From an uncultured delta proteobacterium (GTDB lineage: Bacteria > Bdellovibrionota > FAC87 > UBA2466), in NCBI GenBank assembly GCA_963778115.1, contig CAVZSV010000005.1, forward strand, positions 96,001-160,000: a stretch of DNA of 64,000 bases, written 5' to 3'. The translations under genes and the position numbers were made by a program. This document shows, one piece after another, positions 10,072-19,371 of the stretch. A model generated the notes under the pieces. The model was not told the origin of the DNA, did not search any database, and was given only the letters and a program-made list of their open reading frames with translations. Each line of letters begins with the position of its first letter. Position 1 is the stretch's first letter.

Positions 10072-10568
10072 GCGGGCTTCCTGTCAAACCATCCGAAAAG
10101 TCCTAACGAGCTTTGTTGGACATGAATCTTCTTCTGTAGATTCATCACCGCTTCGAGCAAGGTTTCGGGTCGGGGAGGGCAACCGGGAACGTAAACGTCT
10201 ACCGGCACCACGCGATCCACTCCTTTGAGTACGTGATACCCTTCGGCCCAGTAAGGGCCTCCCTTATTGGAGCAGCTCCCCATGGAGATTACCCACTTGG
10301 GTTCGGGCATCTGTTCGTAAAGAGTGCGAATGCGAGACGCCATCTTTAGGGTGACCGTACCCGCCACAATCATGAGATCGGCTTGTCTGGGGGTAGCGCG
10401 AAAGACCCCACACCCAAAACGCTCCAAATCATAATCGGCGGCTCCGGTGGCCATCATCTCAATAGCACAACAGGCTAAGCCAAAAGTTAACGGCCAAAGC
10501 GAATTGGCTCGGCCCCAGCGGAGCACTTCGTCCACACTCGTTAATACGACACTATCTGCGGGAGTCAT
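10068..10568 (-). CDS. nuoB: NADH-quinone oxidoreductase subunit B (copy 2)
   Basis: [25 protein letters not shown]. Confidence 0.95.
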   Translation of the reverse strand: MTPADSVVLTSVDEVLRWGRANSLWPLTFGLACCAIEMMATGAADYDLERFGCGVFRATPRQADLMIVAGTVTLKMASRIRTLYEQMPEPKWVISMGSCSNKGGPYWAEGYHVLKGVDRVVPVDVYVPGCPPRPETLLEAVMNLQKKIHVQQSSLGLFGWFDRKPA

Positions 10569-11183
10569 GAAACCCTCTCTCCTTATTACTTATCAGAGGT
10601 TCTTAAAAGCGCCCCAAGGTTAGCAAGAGGGGGGGTAAAATGCAAACGAGTCTAAGAGGCATCCCCCATTGAAAATAAGGTCAAGCCATGCCCGGTTTCG
10701 GGACAAGCTCTCGCTCGTCAGAGAAAGTCGCGGGGAATGCCGTCGGTAGGCATTTTCGATCGTCAAAGGAGCGAGAGTTTTTGAATTCTGCACTTGAAGC
10801 GCGACAAAAAGGGATTCAAAAAAGGCGTAAGGCATCACCCAAAAATTCTGAAGTGAAGAAAAAAATGGGTGAAAAGAAACAAAAAACGCATTTTAGCGGT
10901 TTTTTTTTTGAAAAAAAAATTAGCGTACGCGGCTCAAAGTTTTTGGGCAGCTAAGGAAAGAGAAGAAGATTTTATCGACGATTTATAGCGGAAATGGTGC
11001 TAGACCCAGCGAAGAAAAAAAGCAAGAGAGAACTCTGAAGGTGGATAAAATTCTTTTCTACATCAACTAATGTCTTGATTCGCAATAACTTTTGCGTCAA
11101 ACTGTTCTTAGTTAATGCAACTAGGATGATTGCAACGTTCCACTTAATTAAAACTCAACAAAAACGAAACAGGGGGAGTTACC

Positions 11184-11279
11184 ATGGCTAAGAAAAAGCG
11201 CGCTCCGAAAAAAGCGAAGAAAGCAAAAAAAGCGACGAAGAAAAAAGCAAAAAAGAGCAAAGCCAAGAAAAGAAAGTAG
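11184..11279 (+). CDS. 31-aa Lys/Ala-rich histone-H1-like microprotein (absent from the ORF track)
   Basis: GGGGGAG RBS, ATG, MAKKKRAPKKAKKAKKATKKKAKKSKAKKRK, TAG. Confidence 0.7.
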   Translation: MAKKKRAPKKAKKAKKATKKKAKKSKAKKRK

Positions 11280-11330
11280 TTGGTTTTTAGCGACGAGGGA
11301 GTGAACAACTCCGACTCTTAGACGGTCTAA

Positions 11331-12164
11331 TCAACTGCTTAAGAGTTTAAGCGCAACTGCCGGACTGTTATTCGCCTGTGCTAGTACTGCAACGCCGGCT
11401 TGCGTAAGGATGTTGTATTTAGCTTGCTCTGTAGTTTCAACGGCGAGGTCAGCGTCCCGAATTTGAGAATAAGCGCCGGTGACCGTCTCTTCATACTGCA
11501 TCAAGTTGTTGATGGTGGAGTGGAGTGCCGATTCACTGGCCCCGATTTCCCCGCGAGCTTTGGCGATAATATCTAAAGAAGTGTCTAGGGGATCAATCGC
11601 GGCTCTGGCGCCATCGGTTTGGCTTAGGTCAACACCGGAGATGCCTAGAGTATCCGTATCGATGTGAAGGTTGGTTGCAAGGGTAATGCGATCAACACTG
11701 TCTCGATTAGTGGGTCCGACTTGGATACTGACCTCGCCTCCCTCGCCATTCAGTAGTGGCCTACCATTGAATTGAGTCGCGTTAGAAAGACGATCCAATT
11801 CCGACTTCAAAGCTTGTACTTCATTATTTAAGTGAAACCGCTCCTTATCCCCGTTGGTGTCGGAGGCTGCGGCGATGGTTAATTCCTTCATTCGGATGAC
11901 CATATCGGTCATATAATTGAGTGCCCCATCAGCGGTCTGCAGGAGGAAGAGGCCGTTGCTTGCTTCGGCGATATTTCTTCTTGTCGATCGACCTGCTGAA
12001 TTTAGCCTGTCGGATATCGCTAATCCAGAAGCGTCATCCATTGCTTTGGTTATCCTCGTTCCCGAAGCGAGTTTTTCTTGAACATGGTCCAGGGATTCTT
12101 TGGTAAGTTCCAATCGATGTCCTGCGGCAATAGCAGGGACGTTCGTGTTTATCCGAAGACTCAT
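11331..12164 (-). CDS. fliC: Flagellin (short, 277 aa, D0/D1 only)
   Basis: MSLRINTN, LASGTRITKAMDDASGLAIS, SQIRDAD, LAQAN; GGAGG RBS before ATG 12164. Confidence 0.95.
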   Translation of the reverse strand: MSLRINTNVPAIAAGHRLELTKESLDHVQEKLASGTRITKAMDDASGLAISDRLNSAGRSTRRNIAEASNGLFLLQTADGALNYMTDMVIRMKELTIAAASDTNGDKERFHLNNEVQALKSELDRLSNATQFNGRPLLNGEGGEVSIQVGPTNRDSVDRITLATNLHIDTDTLGISGVDLSQTDGARAAIDPLDTSLDIIAKARGEIGASESALHSTINNLMQYEETVTGAYSQIRDADLAVETTEQAKYNILTQAGVAVLAQANNSPAVALKLLSS

Positions 12165-12240
12165 GGCATCCTCCATTGATTCTCTCGCTTAATCAAAAGC
12201 GACCGAAATGTCCTTATTCCGGCGGGACTTTCAGGGTCCC
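12165..12240 (-). promoter_or_regulatory. Flagellin 5' UTR with putative CsrA-binding sites
   Basis: Hairpin GCCGGAAT-AAGGAC-ATTTCGGT (12202-12223) with GGA in the loop, plus ATGGA overlapping the SD. Confidence 0.6.
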
Positions 12241-12453
12241 AGAGTCAGCGAAATTCTATTGAGGAACAGCAGAGTGTTACTGTCCTCACAAGATAGTTCG
12301 TCACTTTATGGTGGAATATTGAGGAAAAAGTGAAAGAAAGTTCACTTTTCTCAAAATAATGGTAACGCACCGATCCCTTCCTTATATGAGGCGCCTTGTA
12401 AGAAGAAGCAAAGAAGTTTAAGCACGCGACCATTCTTGGTATACTGCCTTCAA

Positions 12454-13341
12454 ATGAAAAAACGAGTCCTTTTAGTTGACGAAAGTCTGACGGTTCAAAA
12501 AGTTGTCTCACTTACTTTGGACAAGAATCGATTTCTCATCCTGTTCGCGAAATCGCGGGGCGAAGTGATGAAGATTATCGCCGAAGGTCCCCCCGATCTG
12601 ATTCTAGTAAGTGATCAAGTCAGCGACATTAACTTTGCTACGTTTCCCAAAGAAGTAGAAACGTGGCTCGGCGGATTGCACGAAACACCACCGATTCTTC
12701 TGATCACTGGCCAAGACATTAAAGAGCAAAAGCACTTCGCAGGAGTATTACGAAAGCCCTTCACTCCACAGTCCTTGCAGAACATGGTCAATGACCACTT
12801 GCAACCCACACCCGCTGGCGGGAGGCAGGCGCACTCCGGCTCTGACGATTTTGAAGATCAGCGCTTACAAAAGATTTTCAACGAGACTTTTGCTGACGAA
12901 GCCACACTGGTGCGCGAGACTTTTAAAGCGGAACATGAAATGGAAGAGGCAACTCTCATCACGCGTCCCAAAGAGAACAACGCCTCAGTGGTGTCTGAGT
13001 GGGAAGAGGCCGGAGGAAATCTCTGGGATGTGCGGCCCGTTAAAGCTCCCCCGAAGCCTACTCCCGTCTCGCGTCAACCCGCGGTTTCCGCTGAAAGCTT
13101 ATGGAGCGTGCAACCCACGGTGTCACAGACTCCCAATGCCTCGTCGGAAATGGCCACCCCTTCTTTTGCAGGTGCGCTTTCGGAAGAACATTTAGAAGAG
13201 AAGCTCCAGACTAACGATCTGGCTGAAATTGTGGATCGGGTCCTCAATCGAATCGTTCCTCCGATCGTTGAGCGATTGGTTCAGGAACGTTTGGATAAGC
13301 TCTTAAAGGAGCAGGATCAGTTTTTTGAGCTCAAGCCATGA
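12454..13341 (+). CDS. romR: RomR-like polarity response regulator (atypical receiver, P/E-rich linker, helical C-domain)
   Basis: VLLVDESLTVQKVV receiver start; C-terminal EIVDRVLNRIVPPIVERLVQERLDKLL resembles the RomR C-terminus. Confidence 0.7.
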   Translation: MKKRVLLVDESLTVQKVVSLTLDKNRFLILFAKSRGEVMKIIAEGPPDLILVSDQVSDINFATFPKEVETWLGGLHETPPILLITGQDIKEQKHFAGVLRKPFTPQSLQNMVNDHLQPTPAGGRQAHSGSDDFEDQRLQKIFNETFADEATLVRETFKAEHEMEEATLITRPKENNASVVSEWEEAGGNLWDVRPVKAPPKPTPVSRQPAVSAESLWSVQPTVSQTPNASSEMATPSFAGALSEEHLEEKLQTNDLAEIVDRVLNRIVPPIVERLVQERLDKLLKEQDQFFELKP

Positions 13342-14144
13342 TGGGACCCGGGTTTCTTCCTAAAATTCTCCGTTTCGACTCTGTTAATTCCACTAACGCT
13401 AAGATGCGGGAGTTCGCCACTCAAGGGGCGGAAGAGGGAACGGTGGTCGTCGCCAAGACACAAACGGCAGGCCGAGGAAGTGGCAAGCGGGGATGGCATT
13501 CTCCGGAGGGCGGCCTCTATTTTTCAACTCTGCTCTACCCAAAGAACGGAAAACGGGTGACTGATCTGGCGATTTTGGCGGGAGCTGCCGTGGCGCAATC
13601 GGTCAAGGAGTTGTTACCTAAGCAAAAAGAGGTCACCGTCAAATGGCCGAACGACTGTTTGATAGGGTGGAAAAAGGTGGCTGGAGTATTGTGTGAGAGT
13701 CTAGGGGAACAACGGTTTGACCTTTGTGTTGTCGGGATTGGGATTAACATTAATATCCCTGACACGGAGCTAGAGCCCTTTAAGTCGAACCCCTTCTCCG
13801 CCACTTCTTTCTTAGTGGAGAATGCGGGGGGCACCTTTGACGTGGATAAGGTGCTAGATATGGTTTTAAAGAAACTTTTTGCTCTGTATCAGCTTTACCA
13901 GCAACAGGGATTCCAGCCGATTCAGTTCATCTGGCAAAAAAACTGCCGCTTTGTGGGTAAGAAGGTGGAGCTCAGGGAGAGCGGATGGCGTGAAGCTAGG
14001 GCTTCCAAAGCGAACGACCCCGATCGGGGAATGACCGTGGGTACCTTCGTGGGCATTGATGAGAGTGGCGCTATCGTGTTATCCAACCAGAAAGGTGAGC
14101 ACCACCACTATTACTCTGGTGAAATTACGTGTTTTTGGCCGTAG
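13338..14144 (+). CDS. birA: Biotin-protein ligase (no HTH)
   Basis: STN, QTAGRG, KWPND, KKVAGVL, GIGIN. Confidence 0.93.
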   Translation: MMGPGFLPKILRFDSVNSTNAKMREFATQGAEEGTVVVAKTQTAGRGSGKRGWHSPEGGLYFSTLLYPKNGKRVTDLAILAGAAVAQSVKELLPKQKEVTVKWPNDCLIGWKKVAGVLCESLGEQRFDLCVVGIGININIPDTELEPFKSNPFSATSFLVENAGGTFDVDKVLDMVLKKLFALYQLYQQQGFQPIQFIWQKNCRFVGKKVELRESGWREARASKANDPDRGMTVGTFVGIDESGAIVLSNQKGEHHHYYSGEITCFWP

Positions 14145-14896
14145 ACATTGGCAATTCGCAAACTTCCTTTGGGGTCTTTGAAGGCTCCGTCCTTCGCTAC
14201 CATTGGCGAGCCGAAACTAAAGTATCTCGAACTCCCGACGAATTTGGAGCGCTTCTTTTCCCGTTGATGGGACGTGCCGGCATCCACGAGTCCGACTTTG
14301 AAGGAGTGATTCTGTGCTCGGTGGTTCCTACCGCTGACTTAAGCTTCGAAAGCTTTTGCCAAACCTACTGGAAGCTCACCCCCTTTCGGGTTACGGCCGG
14401 TATTGAGCTGGGATTTGGATTTAATGTCCACATGCCTAGTGAGGTGGGAGCCGATAGACTTGCCAACGCTGCTTATGCGGTGGAACGCATGACACTCCCC
14501 GCGCTGGTCATCGATTTTGGAACGGCTACTACCTTTGACGTTGTCTCTAAGGAAAAAAAATATGAAGGCGGCGTCATCCTTCCCGGGGTGCGCATAGCGC
14601 TGGAAGCGCTTAGTTCAAAAACTTCAAAGTTACCTTTAGTCGAAGTGGGATTTCCCAAGAGTGTGATCGGAAAGAATACGGTGGAATGTATTCAAGGGGG
14701 AATCTTGTATGGCTATTGCGACATGATTGACGGCCTTATTATCCGGACTGCCGCCGAATTAGGGGGAACCTTAGACATTGCCTTAACGGGAGGGCTCAGC
14801 CCTTTGTTTCAAAAGCAGCTAAAGACCAAAGCTAAGTTTCTACCTGACCTTACCTTAGAAGGAATAGAAATCCTCTATAGAAGAAACCGAGTCTAA
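14129..14896 (+). CDS. coaX: Type III pantothenate kinase
   Basis: DIGNS, GADR, DFGTATT, GGVILPG, TGG. Confidence 0.95.
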   Translation: MFLAVDIGNSQTSFGVFEGSVLRYHWRAETKVSRTPDEFGALLFPLMGRAGIHESDFEGVILCSVVPTADLSFESFCQTYWKLTPFRVTAGIELGFGFNVHMPSEVGADRLANAAYAVERMTLPALVIDFGTATTFDVVSKEKKYEGGVILPGVRIALEALSSKTSKLPLVEVGFPKSVIGKNTVECIQGGILYGYCDMIDGLIIRTAAELGGTLDIALTGGLSPLFQKQLKTKAKFLPDLTLEGIEILYRRNRV

Positions 14897-15058
14897 GCTT
14901 TAAATTTTGTATTCCCTAAGACACCATTAGACGCGCTGGGGTAAGACCTTAAGTATTCAAAATCTTTTTTGTAAATCATTAAGCCAACTGTCGTGACAAT
15001 TTTTGTTCCGGAGGAGTTTTGCAGCCTTGGCGCGCCTTGTTTTTGTCGAAGACTACCG

Positions 15059-15074
15059 TGGCACAAGCATTGCT
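15059..15074 (+). promoter_or_regulatory. sigma54 -24/-12 promoter
   Basis: TGGCACAAGCATTGCT, near-consensus TGGCAC-N5-TTGC. Confidence 0.8.
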
Positions 15075-15161
15075 CTAATACTCAATAGAGTGAACTGTGG
15101 AGGTGACCACTGATCCTTAGGATCTGTGGTCCTACGTTTAACAGTTGTTGAGGAGTTGTCG

Positions 15162-15569
15162 ATGAAGAAGTGGAATTTAATCGCAGTCGTTGTCATGGTT
15201 GTGGGAGTGTTTTTTCTCACTCACCCCAATAAAGCAAACGGCGTAATCGTCGATGTGAACGTGATCAACACGGGATTTCACGGATGCGCCACCTGTGGGA
15301 TGCCGATGCCCATGCCAGTGCCTCCTCCGCCTCCCATTTATCCTCCCTACTACGGTGGTGGCGGATATGGATATCCCGGCTACGGCGGATATGGCGGATA
15401 CGGTGGTGGTTACGGATATGGCGGCTATTGCCGAACTGGCGGCGGCTTTATCAGCATCGGGTTTCTTACCATTGGCGGCGGCGGAACAAGCTGCGGCGGT
15501 GGCTGGGGCCGATGGGGCCGTGGAGCTTACGGTCGTGGCTGGGGCCGTGGTCGCGGACGTCACTGGTAG
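15162..15569 (+). CDS. Secreted Gly/Tyr/Pro-rich protein
   Basis: GAGGAG RBS, signal peptide, CATC, poly-Pro, GGY repeats, GRW/GR tail. Confidence 0.8.
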   Translation: MKKWNLIAVVVMVVGVFFLTHPNKANGVIVDVNVINTGFHGCATCGMPMPMPVPPPPPIYPPYYGGGGYGYPGYGGYGGYGGGYGYGGYCRTGGGFISIGFLTIGGGGTSCGGGWGRWGRGAYGRGWGRGRGRHW

Positions 15570-15604
15570 TTAGCACTCAATAAAAAAAATATAGTGATTG
15601 GATA

Positions 15605-15638
15605 AGGGAGCGCCTGGTTCAGGTACTCCCTTTTTTTT
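15605..15638 (+). terminator. Rho-independent terminator
   Basis: AGGGAGCGCCTG-GTT-CAGGTACTCCCT followed by a T run. Confidence 0.75.
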
Positions 15639-15670
15639 CGATCAGAAGGTATTCTCGTTGCGGGCTCAAA

Positions 15671-15765
15671 AGGTAAGGGTCATGTGACCCGTACCTAAAG
15701 GGCCCGCAAGGCCCGCAAGGAGAGTGACACCTAACGAAGAGAGTGACACCTAACGAAAGTGACAG
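15671..15765. repeat. REP-like cluster: GGGTCA/TGACCC hairpin, GGCCCGCAA x2, AGAGTGACACCTAACGAA(G/A) x2
   Basis: 15711-15731 matches the IS flank 4350-4370 at 20/21. Confidence 0.75.
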
Positions 15766-15812
15766 CTTTGCCTTCCTTATGTTAGCTTCCCTTTTTCAAG
15801 GGAGAATTGCCA

Positions 15813-16941
15813 ATGCCCGATATTTCAATCGATTTGCCCTCCGTGGAAGAACTCAATCGCTTTAGTGCTGACTGCGCCAAGCGGCTGTCGGCACTTCGGG
15901 GGCGTCTTTGACGTTGCCGCGAAACAGGCGAGGCTTGAAGAGATAGAACATAAGAGTACCGAAGACGGCTTCTGGAACGATCAAAAAAGAGCGCAGTCTC
16001 TACTTAAAGAAAAAACACTCATCACCAATTCCTTGGGGAAACTCTCCAAAGCAGACTCTCTTTCGGGTGACTTGCAAGTTTTGATAGAGTTTGCCCGTGA
16101 GGATGCTAGCAGCGAACATCTTTCTGAGGCGAAAGACAGCCTTACTAAACTTCAAGAAGTGATCCGATCGATGGAGCTTAACGAAATGTTAGGCGGTCCT
16201 AATGATAATGCGGATGCTATCGTCTCGATCAATGCGGGTGCTGGCGGGACAGAAGCACAGGACTGGGCGCAGATGCTCTTTAGGATGTATCTGCGCTACT
16301 GCGAAAATAAAGGATTTAAGGTTCAAATAGTCGACACTCAGGCGGGTGAAGAGGCGGGGATTAAGTCTTCCACTTTTATGGTTCAAGGCGAATATGCTTA
16401 TGGACTGCTCAGCGCTGAAGTGGGGGTGCATCGCTTAGTTCGGATTTCACCCTTTGACTCCAATGCCAGAAGGCATACCTCGTTTGCTTCGGTCTTTGTC
16501 TTTCCTGATATCGAACAAGAGATAGAGATTGTCATTTTGGATAAAGACTTGCGAGTGGATACTTACCGCGCCGGAGGTGCTGGCGGACAACATGTGAACA
16601 AGACGGACTCCGCCGTTAGACTAACCCATTTGCCGACGGGAATCGTTGTGCAATGTCAGAACGAAAGATCGCAGCATCAAAATCGAGCCATGGCGATAAA
16701 GGTATTGAAAGCCCGTTTGTACGAGCGGGAGTTAGAGATTAAGCGTCAGGCGGCTCGTGAAGTGGAAGACACCAAGAAAGAGATCGCTTGGGGCAGTCAA
16801 ATCCGTTCCTATGTCTTGCACCCCTACCGGATGGTAAAAGACCACCGAACCAATACGGAAGTCGGCGATACGGGGGCTGTGTTAGACGGAAGGCTCGATA
16901 TGTTTATCGAATCCTATTTGATGGCTAAGGGGGCCCAATGA
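15813..16941 (+). CDS. prfB: Peptide chain release factor 2 with programmed +1 frameshift
   Basis: ATG 15813 is in frame with CTT TGA C (15906-15912), preceded by internal SD-like CGGGGG; SPF and GGQ motifs. Confidence 0.97.
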
Positions 16942-17732
16942 AAATTCTAATCAGTAATGACGACGGGGTAGACTCTCCCGGTATTCGGGCGCTTGCGGAG
17001 GCGGCGAAACAATTTGGCGAGGTCACGGTCGTGGCACCTCACCGTGAACGAAGTACGGCGGGTCATAGTTTGACGCTTCATAAGCCACTCAGGGTCCAGG
17101 AGGTATCGCCGGGCTACTATTCGACCTCGGGAACTCCCGCGGATTGTATTTATCTGGGCATTCGAGAAATTATCAAAGGTAAGCCCGATCTGATTCTTTC
17201 GGGAATTAATCGCGGAGCCAATCTGGGAACCGACATCCACTATTCAGGAACGGTGGCAGCGGCTAGGGAAGGGGCCTTGATGAATATTCCCAGTTACGCC
17301 TTTTCCATGGTGGATATGCAGCAGCTTTATCCCTCTCAGAAAGCCGAGCCGCTTCGATTCGAGGTGGGGGGACGGGTTGCCGCCAAGGTAATTGCGCTGA
17401 CTAAGGACAAGCCCTTTCCTCCGCACTCGCTTCTTAACGTCAATATTCCTAACGTTCCCCTGGAGAATATTCGTGGAGTTGCGGTAACGCGTCAGGGGTT
17501 TCGTTACTATGCGAATGAAGTGATTCGTCGTTCGGATCCTCGCGGAAAAGACTATTACTGGATTGGGGGTGCCTACTTGGGTTTTGAACAGGCTGAAGAC
17601 TCGGACTGTCATGCCGTGAATGAAGGGTGGGCAGCGGTAACTCCCCTTACGATCGATTGCACGGACGATGAGTTTTACGGTGAGCTTAAGAAATCGGCGT
17701 TTGAAAAAATAACCTTTGCCCAAGGCGATTGA
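16938..17732 (+). CDS. surE: 5'/3'-nucleotidase SurE
   Basis: ILISNDDG, GTPADC, SGINRGANLG, YSGTVAAA. Confidence 0.96.
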   Translation: MKILISNDDGVDSPGIRALAEAAKQFGEVTVVAPHRERSTAGHSLTLHKPLRVQEVSPGYYSTSGTPADCIYLGIREIIKGKPDLILSGINRGANLGTDIHYSGTVAAAREGALMNIPSYAFSMVDMQQLYPSQKAEPLRFEVGGRVAAKVIALTKDKPFPPHSLLNVNIPNVPLENIRGVAVTRQGFRYYANEVIRRSDPRGKDYYWIGGAYLGFEQAEDSDCHAVNEGWAAVTPLTIDCTDDEFYGELKKSAFEKITFAQGD

Positions 17733-17950
17733 GATTTCGGTCTGGCTTTAAATGCTCGGTGTTATAATGTGGGCGGGTTTACTCCTTCAAAAACGTAAAC
17801 CGATTCTGTCTGGGAGCCGAAGAGTAGGGTGACACATCCCTTTTCCCATCGGAAAATGTCCCGTTCTTGACGCGGCACAGCATTTCGGGTATGTTCCGCC
17901 CGTCCATTAGCCTGTCGTTGGGATTCATTTGGGGGAATCAATGAGGGTAA

Positions 17951-18665
17951 ATGCATAGGATATTATTAACAATTTCGCCGTTGGCGCTAGCTGCTGTCAT
18001 ATCCTGTTCCGGGATTCAGCCCCGCTATTATACGGTGCAGCCTGGAGATAGCCTCGTTGGGATTTCGTCTCAATATGATGTCCCTGTCGAGCAACTAAAA
18101 CGGTACAACTCTCCCCGTTTGGCCAAAGGGCTTCGTCCCGGCGAAAAGCTCTATATTCCCTTTGAAGAAAGCCCCAACTGGGATAGTCCCGCCGATGTGG
18201 TTGAGGGAAATCCTGTGAATCCCGGCCGAGCTCCCGCTAACGATAACGGCGGAGAAGGGATCGCTTCCTTTAATTGGCCGGTATCCGGTTTCTTATCGTC
18301 CCCCTTTGGAATGCGCCATCATAAGATGCACGAGGGAATTGATATCGCGGCGCGAAAAGGAACGCCTGTAAAGGCGTCGCGATCCGGACACGTGATCTAT
18401 GCTTCCAATGTCATTTCCGGATATGGGAAGATGGTGATTATTCGCCACATCGACTCTTATTCCACGGTTTATGCCCATCTTTCGAAGATAAAAGTTAAAA
18501 AAGGTCAGTTTATTTCCGCGGGGCCAATTGATTGGCCTAGTTGGAAGAACCGGCCATGCCACTGGTCCCCATCTGCATTTCGAAGTCCGAAACCACAGAG
18601 TCCCCGTCGATCCCCTTTTGTACTTGCAGGGGCAGTACGCAACTAATAAAATCCTGTCGCGTTAA
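17951..18665 (+). CDS. LysM + M23 peptidase lipoprotein (NlpD-like), apparent frameshift near 18520
   Basis: Lipobox-like VISC, LysM, HEGID, YAHL; GPHLHFEVR...DPLLYL lies in a shifted frame after a G run at 18520-18523. Confidence 0.88.
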
Positions 18666-18810
18666 ACCACGAAGGACGTTCGAGTTTTTCGTTCTTTTGT
18701 TGGCCAGCCTTTGGTCGGCCGCATAGAAGAAAAATAAGAAACGTTCTCGCACTTGCCCATGGCGCTTGGTTTGTTTCTCAAGAGCTTTAGGCATTACAAA
18801 AAGAGTGTGC

Positions 18811-19371
18811 ATGAGCGATCCTCTCAAAAGTAAGACTAATTCTGCTGTTCCCACTTACACGTTAACTCCGGCCGATGCCGTAGGAGATGTGAACAACATC
18901 GCGTTTACTACCAAGCTTGAGGATTTTGTAAATTGGAGCCGAAAGAATTCCTTATGGCCATTGCCTTTCGGAACCGCGTGCTGCGCTATCGAATACATGG
19001 GAGTAGTCTCTTCCCATTATGACGTTTCCCGATTTGGAGCTGAGGTAGTCCGTTTCAGCCCTCGTCAGGCCGACTGTCTTCTCGTGCTAGGAACGGTCGT
19101 CGAAAAAATGGGCCCCGTTCTCAAACAGATTTACGATCAGATGTTAGAGCCCAAGTGGGTAATCGCCGTGGGCGTTTGCGCCTCCTCGGGAGGTTTTTAT
19201 AGGGCCTATCACGTTCTTCAAGGAATTGACGCCATCGTTCCTGTCGACGTCTATGTCCCCGGATGCCCGCCGACTCCGGAAGGCATCATCTTCGGGATGA
19301 TGAAGCTACAAGAGAAGATTTCAAAGGGAGGAATTGTTCGTGCCCGAGACCGCCACAAACTTAGCAAGTAA
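18811..19371 (+). CDS. nuoB: NADH-quinone oxidoreductase subunit B (copy 1)
   Basis: [24 protein letters not shown]. Confidence 0.95.
   Translation: MSDPLKSKTNSAVPTYTLTPADAVGDVNNIAFTTKLEDFVNWSRKNSLWPLPFGTACCAIEYMGVVSSHYDVSRFGAEVVRFSPRQADCLLVLGTVVEKMGPVLKQIYDQMLEPKWVIAVGVCASSGGFYRAYHVLQGIDAIVPVDVYVPGCPPTPEGIIFGMMKLQEKISKGGIVRARDRHKLSK

Noticed and set aside
8393..10568. Second nuoBCDI cluster as a group 4 NiFe hydrogenase
   Set aside because: The large subunit lacks the two CxxC Ni ligand motifs and ends in GEVDR; the small subunit has the tandem CC of NuoB
10620..10954. ORFs of 72 and 88 aa in the AT-rich intergenic region
   Set aside because: Composition is driven by A/T tracts; no RBS or recognisable domain
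11041..11048. GTGGATAA DnaA-box-like site suggesting oriC
   Set aside because: Single imperfect box; no cluster and no dnaA/dnaN/gid neighbours
12294..12321. sigma28 promoter for flagellin (TCAA-N16-GACGAACT on the minus strand)
   Set aside because: Spacing and -10 match are too weak to call without a PWM
15701..15765. Direct repeats as a mini CRISPR array
   Set aside because: Units are adjacent tandem copies with no spacers; no cas genes
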